From IMG/VR virus record IMGVR_UViG_3300031954_000001, positions 1-64,000 of that record: a stretch of 64,000 nucleotides of DNA. The stretch is one strand, 5' to 3'. The DNA comes from a virus. The position numbers and the translations under genes were made by a program. The notes under the pieces are model-generated. The model saw nothing but the letters and a program-made list of their open reading frames with translations, did no database searches and was not told where the DNA came from. The stretch's first letter is position 1; the number at the start of each line of letters is the position of its first letter. Positions 35,822 through 44,249 of this stretch are shown piece after piece.

Positions 35822-38800
35822 CGGAAATCTCCCCCCAGGTGCGGCCGGGGCCGGCCTTGTCGCAGATAACCGGGACACCACGGAAGTCACCGGTCATGGC
35901 CGCCTCGATCACGGGCACGGCCTCGTCCGCCTCGGCGTCGGGGAGCTCGAATACGAGCTCGTCGTGCACCTGCATCAGCAGGTACTTGTAGAGTGCCGGG
36001 TCCAGCCGGATCATGCACTCGCCCAGGATGTCCCGAGCCCCGCCCTGGCCCATCAGCGCCGGGGCGACGGTGTAGGCGTACCGCGGGTCGGCTTTCATCC
36101 GGCGGCCGAACCCGTTGTCCAGGATGCCGCCGCCGGCCGCGATGGCGCGGACCTGCTCGCGCCAGTCGCACAGCACCGGGAACTGCTCGGTCATCCCGTT
36201 GTCGAACCCGTAGGCCATGTCCGGGTCGACGCCGTCGCGGATCATCCGCTCCGGCCCCATGCCGTAATTCCAGCCGTGGCCCCGGGCCTTGGCGTCCTGG
36301 CGGCGCGGGTGGTGGCCGTCCTTGTCCCGCGGTGCCTCGCCGAACACCCGGGCGGCGATCTCGTCGTGCGCGTCGCGGCCGGGCTCGAACAGGGCCATGT
36401 AGGCGTGGTCCTGGCAGTGCCCGGCGATGGCCCGCATGTCCACCTGGGCCAGGTCGAATGACCACAGCGAGTACCCGGGCCGGGCGACGAAGATGTCCCG
36501 CTCCACGTGCCGGCCCTCGTGCTTGCCGAACACGGTCAGCCCCGGCTCGGTTACCGACCAGCGGCCGGACGCCTGCCGGAAGCTGATCGACGGGTGCACC
36601 CGCCCGTCCGGGCACATCCATGCCCTGGCGGTCTGGTAGACCGTCCGGGTGGTGGTCACGATATTCATGAACGTGATCATCGTGCGCAGCTCGGCCGGGC
36701 AGTCCTTGCGCGCGGTGATCGCCTCCAGCTCATCGGACCCGATGGCCAGCTTGCCGGTGTCGGTCTTCGGCGGATTGACGACGCCGAACCGGTCCCACTG
36801 CGCGGCCAGCCACGCCTGACCGTCCCCGGTAGTCAGCGGCGAGTCGAAATCGGTGTCTACGAAGTGTTCCTTGCCGCGGCCCCGGCCCTTGATCTCCGAA
36901 CGGCTCAGTGGCAGGTCCCACTGCTCGTGCAGGATCTGCATCGCCGCCCGCTTGCGGTCCTCGCCGGCCTGGTAGCGCTCCTCCAGCAGGACCTCATCGA
37001 CCCCCAGGCCGTTCAGCCGCATGTGCCCGGCGATCCGGGCCAGCTTGTGCTCGCGCGGCAGGTACTCATCGGAGTCATAGCACGCGCTCAGGAACGCGTA
37101 CACGGCCCGGGTGGCGTCCAGGTCGCCGTTCAGGTAGGCGCGGAACTCCTCGTCATCGACGGGAATCTTGTCGGCGTCGCCCCATTTCTTGGCCAGGTCC
37201 TTGAAGCTGTCGGTCTTGCCGGGCACGCCGATCCGCGCGGCCACCGCGTCCAGCCCGTACTTGTCCTCGCTGTGCCCCTTCTCCCGGGACCGCGGCGGCC
37301 AGTACTGCCGGGCGATCAGCTCGGTGTCGCGGGCCTTGGCGCAGAACGCGTCCCAGTCCATGCCCTCGTGCCAGGCCAGCGCCAGCCCGTCGAAGCCGAG
37401 GATGTTGTGGCCGTACACCTGGTCCGCCGCTCCCAGCATCGCCAGCAGCTGGCTCACGGGCACGATCAGGTCGGTCCCGGTCGGGCCGGTGATCCCGCAC
37501 AGCCGGACGAACCCGGTGCCGTCCGCCATGTGGTAGCCAGGCTCGCGGCGGAACATCTGGTCCGCCCAGCCGGTCTCCAGGTCGAATCCGAGCGTAAGCC
37601 CGGAAGCGACGACGGGAGGGATGGAGGGACATGCGGGATAGTTTCCGCCCGCGTCTTCTCGTGTGCGCACCCGCGCGTCCGCGCCCGCACGTACCGGACT
37701 GGGTATAGCTGAAACCTCCATTCCCTCCGTCCCCTCCTCACGTACGCGTACAGGCGCGTGCGGACGTGCGTACGCGCGTGCGCGCGAGGGTGATCCCTCC
37801 GTATCCCTCCCGCCCAGGTCAGGTACCGTTTCCGTTTCCGGTCCGGCGGGAGGGATCGGGAGGGATGAAATCTGCGACCCGTCGTCGTCGCGGGTCTGGA
37901 CGAACCACTTCTGGACCTTGCGGTGCCCGATACCCATCTTGATGAGCCGGAACTGCCCGAACCAGCGGGACGCGACCCGGCTGTAGGCCGCGCCCATGCT
38001 CCGGGCGAAACCGCGCTCGGCCGGGTCGTCCAGGCCGGGCGGGCTGTCCCAGGTCCCGCCCGATTCGGCGGCTCGCTGCGCGACATCCAGCACGGTGAAC
38101 TCCCCGCTCCGGAAATGACCGGACAGCCAGGCCAGGTGCTCGGACCAATAGCCGCCGGAGCTGTCGGACTCGCGCCGCCGCTCGGTCAGCCCGGCCAGGA
38201 ACCCGGGTACGCCGGCGTGGTGCAGGATCCCGGACATCATCCGGTCCCACCCCTCGAAACTGCCGAGCGAAGCGCCCCGCTTATGCTCCGGGCACCCGGC
38301 CGCCCACCAGGACCGGAGCACGATCAGCGCGGCGGTGACCAGCTCGGGCCGGTTGTCCAGCGTCCAGGTGCGCAGCTCGGAGTGAGTGAACGACTCAGCG
38401 AGCCGGTCCTCGGGTTCCGGCACGTCCGGGCGCAGGTCGATGAAGTACGACCGCCGGGACATGTCCGCCGGGACGTCGATGTTGTTGCCCAGCGCGATCC
38501 AGGTGACCCGGTTCGGGAAGCTGGCCAGCTTGGATACGCCGAGGATCCGGTCGGTGTAGGTGAGCGAGGTGATCGCCCGGGTCAGCGCGGACCCCGACAG
38601 CTTGACCACTTCATCGAAGACCAGGAACGGCGCGCCGGCCCGGAACGCCGAGGTGATCTGCTTGCGGTTCTCCTCATCGCCTGCCTTGTCCGAGGCCCAG
38701 GGCAGTGGCGGGATCGCCTCCCCGGTGACCATCAGCGAGATGCAGTCGGCCAGCAGGTTCTTGCCGACACCGGGCTGCAGGCCCGACACCACGGCGAGCG

Positions 38801-40115
38801 GAACCAGCGGGACCAGGCCGCGGATGAACGAGGTGAGCACCAGCGCCAGCGCGTTGGCCCGGCTGGACTGCTCGGGAAACGGCATGTCTCCCAGCCAGTT
38901 ACCGAGCAGGAACTGCACGGCCCAGGCGACCTGCTCGGGCGTCGGCGCATCCGGGATGTCCAGCCGGTCCATGCCGGAGTTGCCGATGGCCAGGAAGGTG
39001 CGGCTGGACTCGTCGTAGCCGTTCTTGAAGCACACCGACCCGTCCGAGCGGATGAACGGGGTGCGGCTGATCCGGTCCAGCGGCACGAAGTCATCGCCCG
39101 AGGACAGCACCGCGCCCATCGTCTGCACTTCCGGCCAGGCCGGCTCGAACGTGCCCGGGCTGTTCGCGCCCGGCGGCTTGTACTTGCAGGTGAACGCGGC
39201 CTCAGCGATCCAGCGGGCGAGTGAGTCCCGGTCCAGCGGCTCGGTGGATACGCTGAACGTTCTCGGGTCAGGGGCCGTGTAACGCAGCCTGGTCATCGCC
39301 CCGCCGAAATTGAACAGGTCGCGGCCATCCCACAGCTCCCGCATCCGGGCCAGGATCGAGTGGACGACGACGACCCGGTCCTCGTTGACCACGATCACCG
39401 GCCGCCCGTTCGTCTCCGGCTCCTGGTCGCCCAGCTTCCGGTGCGACGGCCGGCGCTCGGCCGGCTTCGGCTGCGCCCTGGCGAGCAGCTTAGCCATCTT
39501 GTCGGTCCGCCGGCCCTCATCGAACCGGGCCAGGTAATCGTCAATGCCGTCCGTGCCCCACGCGAGCGACGGGACGAATCCGGGAACCGCGTCCTCGGAT
39601 TCCAGCTCGGCGGCCATGCCTTCGGCGGACTCGTAGACGTTCAGGTTGTCGCCGGCGTCGGCGTCGATCAAGATGATCACCGGGTGCCCGGCGAACCGGT
39701 GGAACGCCATCGCGGACAGGTCACGCCAGCCGTCCACGCCGGCGATCCCGTAGACCGCGTACTCGGACGGCGCGTAGCTGGCCACGGCGAGGGACTGCTT
39801 AGTGCCCTCGGCGATGATCACCGGCCCGGCCTTGCTGTCAGCCGGGAGCGGCCGGAGCGCCCACATGTGCAGCGGGTGCCCGGCTTCCCACAGGTACTTA
39901 GGCGTGCCCTGCGGCAGGCCGCCCTCGGGTTCGGGCCACTGGCGGGTCTGCCTGGTCAGCATGTTGTTGTCGCGCCACGGGAAAACGACCCGGTCGCCGT
40001 CCGAGCTGACATCCGCTGCCGCCAGGACCTTGTCGGTGATGGCGTGGGCGCGCAGGTATGCCAGGTGAGTCTCCGAGAGACGGGATTGCACCAGCTGCGT
40101 GTCGTCGTTGCTCAT
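35811..40115 (-). CDS. Primase (TOPRIM)-helicase (P-loop)-family A DNA polymerase fusion
   Basis: IIAEGTKQ and IDAD (TOPRIM); GLQPGVGKNLL and LVFDEV (Walker A/B); FDLET and GHNILGFD (3'-5' exo); SGRWS, DLAQVDMR, KARGHGWNYG, QVHDELVF (PolA). Confidence 0.92.
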   Translation of the reverse strand: MSNDDTQLVQSRLSETHLAYLRAHAITDKVLAAADVSSDGDRVVFPWRDNNMLTRQTRQWPEPEGGLPQGTPKYLWEAGHPLHMWALRPLPADSKAGPVIIAEGTKQSLAVASYAPSEYAVYGIAGVDGWRDLSAMAFHRFAGHPVIILIDADAGDNLNVYESAEGMAAELESEDAVPGFVPSLAWGTDGIDDYLARFDEGRRTDKMAKLLARAQPKPAERRPSHRKLGDQEPETNGRPVIVVNEDRVVVVHSILARMRELWDGRDLFNFGGAMTRLRYTAPDPRTFSVSTEPLDRDSLARWIAEAAFTCKYKPPGANSPGTFEPAWPEVQTMGAVLSSGDDFVPLDRISRTPFIRSDGSVCFKNGYDESSRTFLAIGNSGMDRLDIPDAPTPEQVAWAVQFLLGNWLGDMPFPEQSSRANALALVLTSFIRGLVPLVPLAVVSGLQPGVGKNLLADCISLMVTGEAIPPLPWASDKAGDEENRKQITSAFRAGAPFLVFDEVVKLSGSALTRAITSLTYTDRILGVSKLASFPNRVTWIALGNNIDVPADMSRRSYFIDLRPDVPEPEDRLAESFTHSELRTWTLDNRPELVTAALIVLRSWWAAGCPEHKRGASLGSFEGWDRMMSGILHHAGVPGFLAGLTERRRESDSSGGYWSEHLAWLSGHFRSGEFTVLDVAQRAAESGGTWDSPPGLDDPAERGFARSMGAAYSRVASRWFGQFRLIKMGIGHRKVQKWFVQTRDDDGSQISSLPIPPAGPETETVPDLGGRDTEGSPSRARAYARPHAPVRVREEGTEGMEVSAIPSPVRAGADARVRTREDAGGNYPACPSIPPVVASGLTLGFDLETGWADQMFRREPGYHMADGTGFVRLCGITGPTGTDLIVPVSQLLAMLGAADQVYGHNILGFDGLALAWHEGMDWDAFCAKARDTELIARQYWPPRSREKGHSEDKYGLDAVAARIGVPGKTDSFKDLAKKWGDADKIPVDDEEFRAYLNGDLDATRAVYAFLSACYDSDEYLPREHKLARIAGHMRLNGLGVDEVLLEERYQAGEDRKRAAMQILHEQWDLPLSRSEIKGRGRGKEHFVDTDFDSPLTTGDGQAWLAAQWDRFGVVNPPKTDTGKLAIGSDELEAITARKDCPAELRTMITFMNIVTTTRTVYQTARAWMCPDGRVHPSISFRQASGRWSVTEPGLTVFGKHEGRHVERDIFVARPGYSLWSFDLAQVDMRAIAGHCQDHAYMALFEPGRDAHDEIAARVFGEAPRDKDGHHPRRQDAKARGHGWNYGMGPERMIRDGVDPDMAYGFDNGMTEQFPVLCDWREQVRAIAAGGGILDNGFGRRMKADPRYAYTVAPALMGQGGARDILGECMIRLDPALYKYLLMQVHDELVFELPDAEADEAVPVIEAAMTGDFRGVPVICDKAGPGRTWGEISGGK
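37614..37866. other. Candidate replication origin in the helicase-polymerase linker
   Basis: GGAGGGA at 37615, 37623, 37849, 37859; TCCCTCC at 37722, 37794, 37804; alternating purine-pyrimidine tract 37740-37786. Confidence 0.55.
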
Positions 40116-40226
40116 CAGCGGTCCCTAGCGGATATAATCGAGTCGGACGTTGACGTGGCTGTCGGCGTGGTCATGCAGGTGGCGATCGGACCGGCTTCGG
40201 GCAGTGGAGCCGGTCCCCGCTGCGTT

Positions 40227-40823
40227 TCAGGCGGCAGGCGCATCGCTCACCACCACCACCTCGTCGTAGTTCTGCGCGAAGTTTCGTACACAACAGCGCA
40301 CCGCGTCAGCTCTTGATTGAGCTGTACCAGCCGCCACCAGGGCGTCGATCACGCTCAGCTCGCGGTAGCCGAGCCAGACCATGACGCGGCCGGTGTCGCC
40401 CTCGTTTGCGTTCCCGTGGCTCAGGCGGCAGGCTTTACCGCCTTGCTTACTTGAGTTGCAAGAAACGCACAGGACCTGGTATCCGTCCGGGAACCCCTGG
40501 GCGATGAGCCAGCGGTAGAACCCCGTACCGGCGCGCTTGTAACCAAACAACTCGATCCGGTGAATGCGGCCGTCGCCGTTTTCGTGATCAATCGACAGGT
40601 CTTCCGTCGCACCGCAGCAGGCGCAAGCGCGCCCGTAGTGATCGAGTACCCGGTCCCGGACTCGTGCCGTTTCAAGGATCCCACGGCGTCTCATGCATTC
40701 CCGGCATGCGGGCTTCAGCCCGGTTCGCCTGCTCCTGTCTTTGTTGAACTCAGTGACCGGGAGCGGGTTCGGTCCGGTATGCCCTGGATCGGAACATAGC
40801 TTCATCTGCTCAGCCGGTGGCAT
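40227..40823 (-). CDS. HNH endonuclease with C-terminal ribbon-helix-helix-like domain
   Basis: CACCGATEDLSIDHENG...QVLCVSCNSSK; RVMVWLG..ELSVIDALVAAG..QSRADAVR. Confidence 0.85.
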   Translation of the reverse strand: MPPAEQMKLCSDPGHTGPNPLPVTEFNKDRSRRTGLKPACRECMRRRGILETARVRDRVLDHYGRACACCGATEDLSIDHENGDGRIHRIELFGYKRAGTGFYRWLIAQGFPDGYQVLCVSCNSSKQGGKACRLSHGNANEGDTGRVMVWLGYRELSVIDALVAAGTAQSRADAVRCCVRNFAQNYDEVVVVSDAPAA

Positions 40824-41349
40824 CGCGCACCGCCCGGGACCTGGTCAGCGGGTCGGGCAGCCCGCAGTTACGCACCGCGCAGTACAGGCAGTGCCAGGCC
40901 GCGCTCTTGGCGTGGCGCATCGGCGCGGCCGAGCACACGTCCAGGAGCCCGGACGCGGCCAGCCGCGCGTCGCCCGCGTCCACCCAGGGCTTGACCTCGG
41001 ACGCCCGGCGGACGAAGACGGGAATGCCATCGCCGCGGCAGGCCGCTTCCATGCCCTGCACCTGGCGCTGGATCCGGCCCGGGCTGGTACCGTGCAGCCC
41101 GGACGCCTTGGGCCGGTTGTCGAACGCCTCGATCTGAACGGCACTGATCGCCGACGCGAGGCAGACACCGGGCCGGCCCGTGGTGTAGGAGCGGATGAGC
41201 ATGGCCAGCAGCTCGGTGGCGCCGCCGTAGCCATCCGCCTGCCAGGCCCGCGCCCACCGGCACTTGCGCGTGCCAGGTTCCCAGCCGGCCATCAGGAACC
41301 CGGCCACGTCTCCGGGGTCGATGCCGAGCACGATGATCTGGTTGCTCAT
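40810..41349 (-). CDS. RuvC-like Holliday junction resolvase
   Basis: IIVLGIDPGDVAG, VQIEAF, ASEVK, RHAKSAAWH. Confidence 0.75.
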   Translation of the reverse strand: MSNQIIVLGIDPGDVAGFLMAGWEPGTRKCRWARAWQADGYGGATELLAMLIRSYTTGRPGVCLASAISAVQIEAFDNRPKASGLHGTSPGRIQRQVQGMEAACRGDGIPVFVRRASEVKPWVDAGDARLAASGLLDVCSAAPMRHAKSAAWHCLYCAVRNCGLPDPLTRSRAVRDATG

Positions 41350-41831
41350 GACCGCCTCCCGGCCCCGGCGTGGGCCGCCATCAGGAACAGCAGCGCGCCC
41401 GGGAACGCCATCGGCCAGGTCACCGGGTAGGACGCGATCAGGGCCACCAGGGCGCATACGGTGAGCACCGCAGCCAGCACGAGCGCCCGGTCCCGCCGCA
41501 GCTGGCGGATCCGGTCCGCGTCCTCCCCCGTGGCGTACGTGACCTCGCGCAGCCGCCCGAGACGGTCCCGGCGCCGGACGGTCATCAGGCCCGGCACCGG
41601 CAGCGGGAACGGCACCGAGCCGGTCAGAGCGCGCAGCTCCAGGCAGTACACGCACAGCTTCTGCCCCTGGGCCAGCGGCGGGCGGTGGCACGACGCGCAG
41701 CACCCGGCCGGGGCCTGGTCCTGCTCCTGTTCCTGCGCCCGGTCCGGGATCTCGCTCAGCTCGGCGAGGAACGCGGCGGTGATGTCCATGGCCCGCGCGG
41801 TCTCGTCGCTGTACAGCCAGAACTCGCTCAT
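41346..41831 (-). CDS. Zn-finger membrane protein
   Basis: CASC..CVYC and two C-terminal hydrophobic segments. Confidence 0.7.
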   Translation of the reverse strand: MSEFWLYSDETARAMDITAAFLAELSEIPDRAQEQEQDQAPAGCCASCHRPPLAQGQKLCVYCLELRALTGSVPFPLPVPGLMTVRRRDRLGRLREVTYATGEDADRIRQLRRDRALVLAAVLTVCALVALIASYPVTWPMAFPGALLFLMAAHAGAGRRS

Positions 41832-42031
41832 ACGATCACCCCCTTCGTGGCGTGCCAGCGGTGGTAGGCCGTGATCGCGTCGCGGGCCGGGAACAGCTCG
41901 CGGATCTCGATCCAGTCATGCCGGGGCTGGCCGCGCGTGGCGATCCGGCGGCAGGAACATGACAGGCCGATCTTGTGATCGGTGAACCGGAGCACGATGT
42001 GGTGCCCGGTGACGCCTATGAGCGCGGTCAT
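41828..42031 (-). CDS. Small Zn-binding protein
   Basis: HH...CSC...WH. Confidence 0.65.
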   Translation of the reverse strand: MTALIGVTGHHIVLRFTDHKIGLSCSCRRIATRGQPRHDWIEIRELFPARDAITAYHRWHATKGVIV

Positions 42032-42699
42032 CAGTCCTCCGGTTCCGGGCGCTCGCGCGGCACCCGGCCGAGCGCCTTGGCCAGCCCGGCGATGAAGTAG
42101 CCCCAGGTGCGGTCGGGGTCCTTGGTCCGGTGCTGGATGGCGAGCAGCCCGGTGATGACCACGTCGGCCAGCTCGCAGAGCATCCGGTGGCCCGCGTCCG
42201 GGTCGTGGCCCTTGCGCGGGTTCTGCCCGGTGGCCAGGATCAGCTCGGCGATCGCCTGGCCGTGGGCGCGCTCGATGAGCGCGAGCATCCGCTCCTCCCG
42301 GGCCTCGGCGATCTCCTCGCTGACCTTGGCGGTCCGTGCCCAGTCCTGGGCGAGCGGGTGATCCTTGTACTCCTGGCTGCAGGCCGCGTCCAGCCAGGTA
42401 TCGACCTCGCGCAGCGCGGCCAGGATCTCGCGCACGTCGTCACCTTCGCGCAGCTCGGGCCAGCGCGGCCGGCGCGCGATCACGTAGCCGCCGTCCTCGA
42501 TGAGGATCTCGTGCGAGGCCAGCTGTGATGTTTCTCCCGGCACGGTCCGGCCGACCGCCGCTCTGGCCAGGTCGGGCGGGTAGCCGAGCCCGGTCAGGAC
42601 GGTGACCGCCTGGGCCATGGTCAGCGGGGTGTCCAGCAGGTCGTCCGGTCCGGCGTCCTCCCAGCTGATACCGTGCATCTCTCCCCATGCGCTGCCCAT
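42031..42699 (-). CDS. MazG-like nucleotide pyrophosphohydrolase
   Basis: KVSEEIAEA...GQNPRKG...ELADVVITGLLAI. Confidence 0.8.
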   Translation of the reverse strand: MGSAWGEMHGISWEDAGPDDLLDTPLTMAQAVTVLTGLGYPPDLARAAVGRTVPGETSQLASHEILIEDGGYVIARRPRWPELREGDDVREILAALREVDTWLDAACSQEYKDHPLAQDWARTAKVSEEIAEAREERMLALIERAHGQAIAELILATGQNPRKGHDPDAGHRMLCELADVVITGLLAIQHRTKDPDRTWGYFIAGLAKALGRVPRERPEPED

Positions 42700-43184
42700 C
42701 AGTGCACCCCGCCTTCCCGGGCGTGCCAGCGCATCAGCTCGTCGTAGTTCGCCGCGGCCACGTACAGCCAGCTCGCTTCGGCGCACAGCGTGTCCCAGTC
42801 CGGGTACCACTCGGTGCCCGGCGCGGTCTGGAACACGTGCTCGCGCGGCCCGACGACGACGATCCGGATCGGCTTGCCGTACCGGCGCGCGGCCAGCGCG
42901 TAGCCCAGCTCGGCGTGCCGGCCGCCCTTGCCGCCGCCGTCCTGTTCGGTGAAGCAGATCAGCATCCCGGCGGCGTCGATGTCCTCCAGGTCGCGCAGCG
43001 CGACGCCGGCGCAGTACCCGGGGTCGGCGTCCAGCTGTTCGCGGGTGAACGACCCGCGGCCGTACTTGCCTTCGGGCGCCTCGATCCACCGCGAGGTGAC
43101 CGTGTGGCCCTTCATCTGCAGCGAGGTACGGATGGCCCGCATGTACTCGTGCCGGCTGTACCTGGCGGCCAGGTAGATGATCAC
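42699..43184 (-). CDS. Nucleoside 2-deoxyribosyltransferase-like protein
   Basis: IYLAARY...VTSRW...DLEDIDAA...GGRHAELGYALA. Confidence 0.75.
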   Translation of the reverse strand: MIIYLAARYSRHEYMRAIRTSLQMKGHTVTSRWIEAPEGKYGRGSFTREQLDADPGYCAGVALRDLEDIDAAGMLICFTEQDGGGKGGRHAELGYALAARRYGKPIRIVVVGPREHVFQTAPGTEWYPDWDTLCAEASWLYVAAANYDELMRWHAREGGVH

Positions 43185-43384
43185 GGCGTTGCCTCCTCGC
43201 GGGCCGGCGTCTTGACGGCCGGTCCCTGGATCTCCAGGGTGACGTCGCCGATCTCCAGCCGCAGGGCCTTGTGGTAGAAGCCGTCCACGGTGGTGTGGGA
43301 GGTCTCGATGCCGTCCCACGCCCGCAGCTGGTCTTCCAGGTGCTTGTACTGCCTGTAGTTCAGGCTGAGGTAGATGTCGGTCAC
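43181..43384 (-). CDS. Hypothetical protein
   Basis: Palindrome plus CAGGAGAC leader on the minus strand. Confidence 0.75.
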   Translation of the reverse strand: MTDIYLSLNYRQYKHLEDQLRAWDGIETSHTTVDGFYHKALRLEIGDVTLEIQGPAVKTPAREEATP

Positions 43385-43413
43385 GTCTCCTGCTCCTGTT
43401 CTCGTTGCTCCCA

Positions 43414-43704
43414 TCAGTGGGAAGTTCTGGCCCGCTCGCCCTCGCGGAGCGTTTCCCGGATCGCCTGCTCGGTGCTGACGGATTCGCGGCCCGGCTCGTC
43501 CAGGCCCAGGCCGCTGCGCAGCGCTGCGTACGGGCCGCACAGCAGATCGGCCACTACCCGGATCAGCGGCTCGGCTCCGCCCTCGCCGGCCAGGGCGCAG
43601 GCGTGCAGCCCGTCGATCAGCGCCGCCAGGTCAGGGACCGGGTCGTACCCTCGCCTGGGTGTGAAAGGAATCCGCAGCTCTCCGCCGTCTAGTCTGATGC
43701 TCAC
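43414..43704 (-). CDS. Hypothetical protein
   Basis: AGGAGG RBS. Confidence 0.7.
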   Translation of the reverse strand: MSIRLDGGELRIPFTPRRGYDPVPDLAALIDGLHACALAGEGGAEPLIRVVADLLCGPYAALRSGLGLDEPGRESVSTEQAIRETLREGERARTSH

Positions 43705-43722
43705 CTGATGCCTCCTGCTCTC

Positions 43723-44244
43723 TTACCAGTTCTCCGGTCCGTGTTTCCACGTTTTCCCTAGCTTGATAGCACTTATAGCCTGATCACCAACACCGAATAG
43801 TTTTCCTATAGCTCGCTGCGACATCTTATTTTCCGTAAACATGCGCCTTATCTCGCATACTTCCACCCAGGTCAGTTGTGCATTCCCGTTTCGCGCACCT
43901 CTATTTGTTACGTGGTCCCTGACTTTATCCGCACAATTCTGTTCCGGGGTCCCCCAGTAAAGGTTCTCTGGCCACCGGTTATCCAGGCTGCCTCCCGGCC
44001 CGTGGCAGGCTTGCTGACCAGCAGGCCGCGGACCAGCAAACGCGAGTAGCACCAAGGTATGGACAGCTATACTTCCCCTGTTCCCCGGGCCTGCGTTCAG
44101 GCACACTTGATAGTAACCATCATGGATAACAGGCCGGAGTATGCGTCCCGGAGTCCCGCGCCTGCGTGAAGACCTTATAAGACCCTTATTGCTCGCCTCG
44201 TAAAATCCTTCATATCCTGGGACAGGAAGCCACATTTCGTTCAT
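43723..44244 (-). CDS. NUMOD4-HNH homing endonuclease with C-terminal HTH
   Basis: WLPVPGYEGFYEASNKGLIRS, VHTLVLLAF, CH...DNR.ENLYWGT..N; visibly lower GC. Confidence 0.9.
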   Translation of the reverse strand: MNEMWLPVPGYEGFYEASNKGLIRSSRRRGTPGRILRPVIHDGYYQVCLNAGPGNRGSIAVHTLVLLAFAGPRPAGQQACHGPGGSLDNRWPENLYWGTPEQNCADKVRDHVTNRGARNGNAQLTWVEVCEIRRMFTENKMSQRAIGKLFGVGDQAISAIKLGKTWKHGPENW

Positions 44245-44249
44245 GACAG

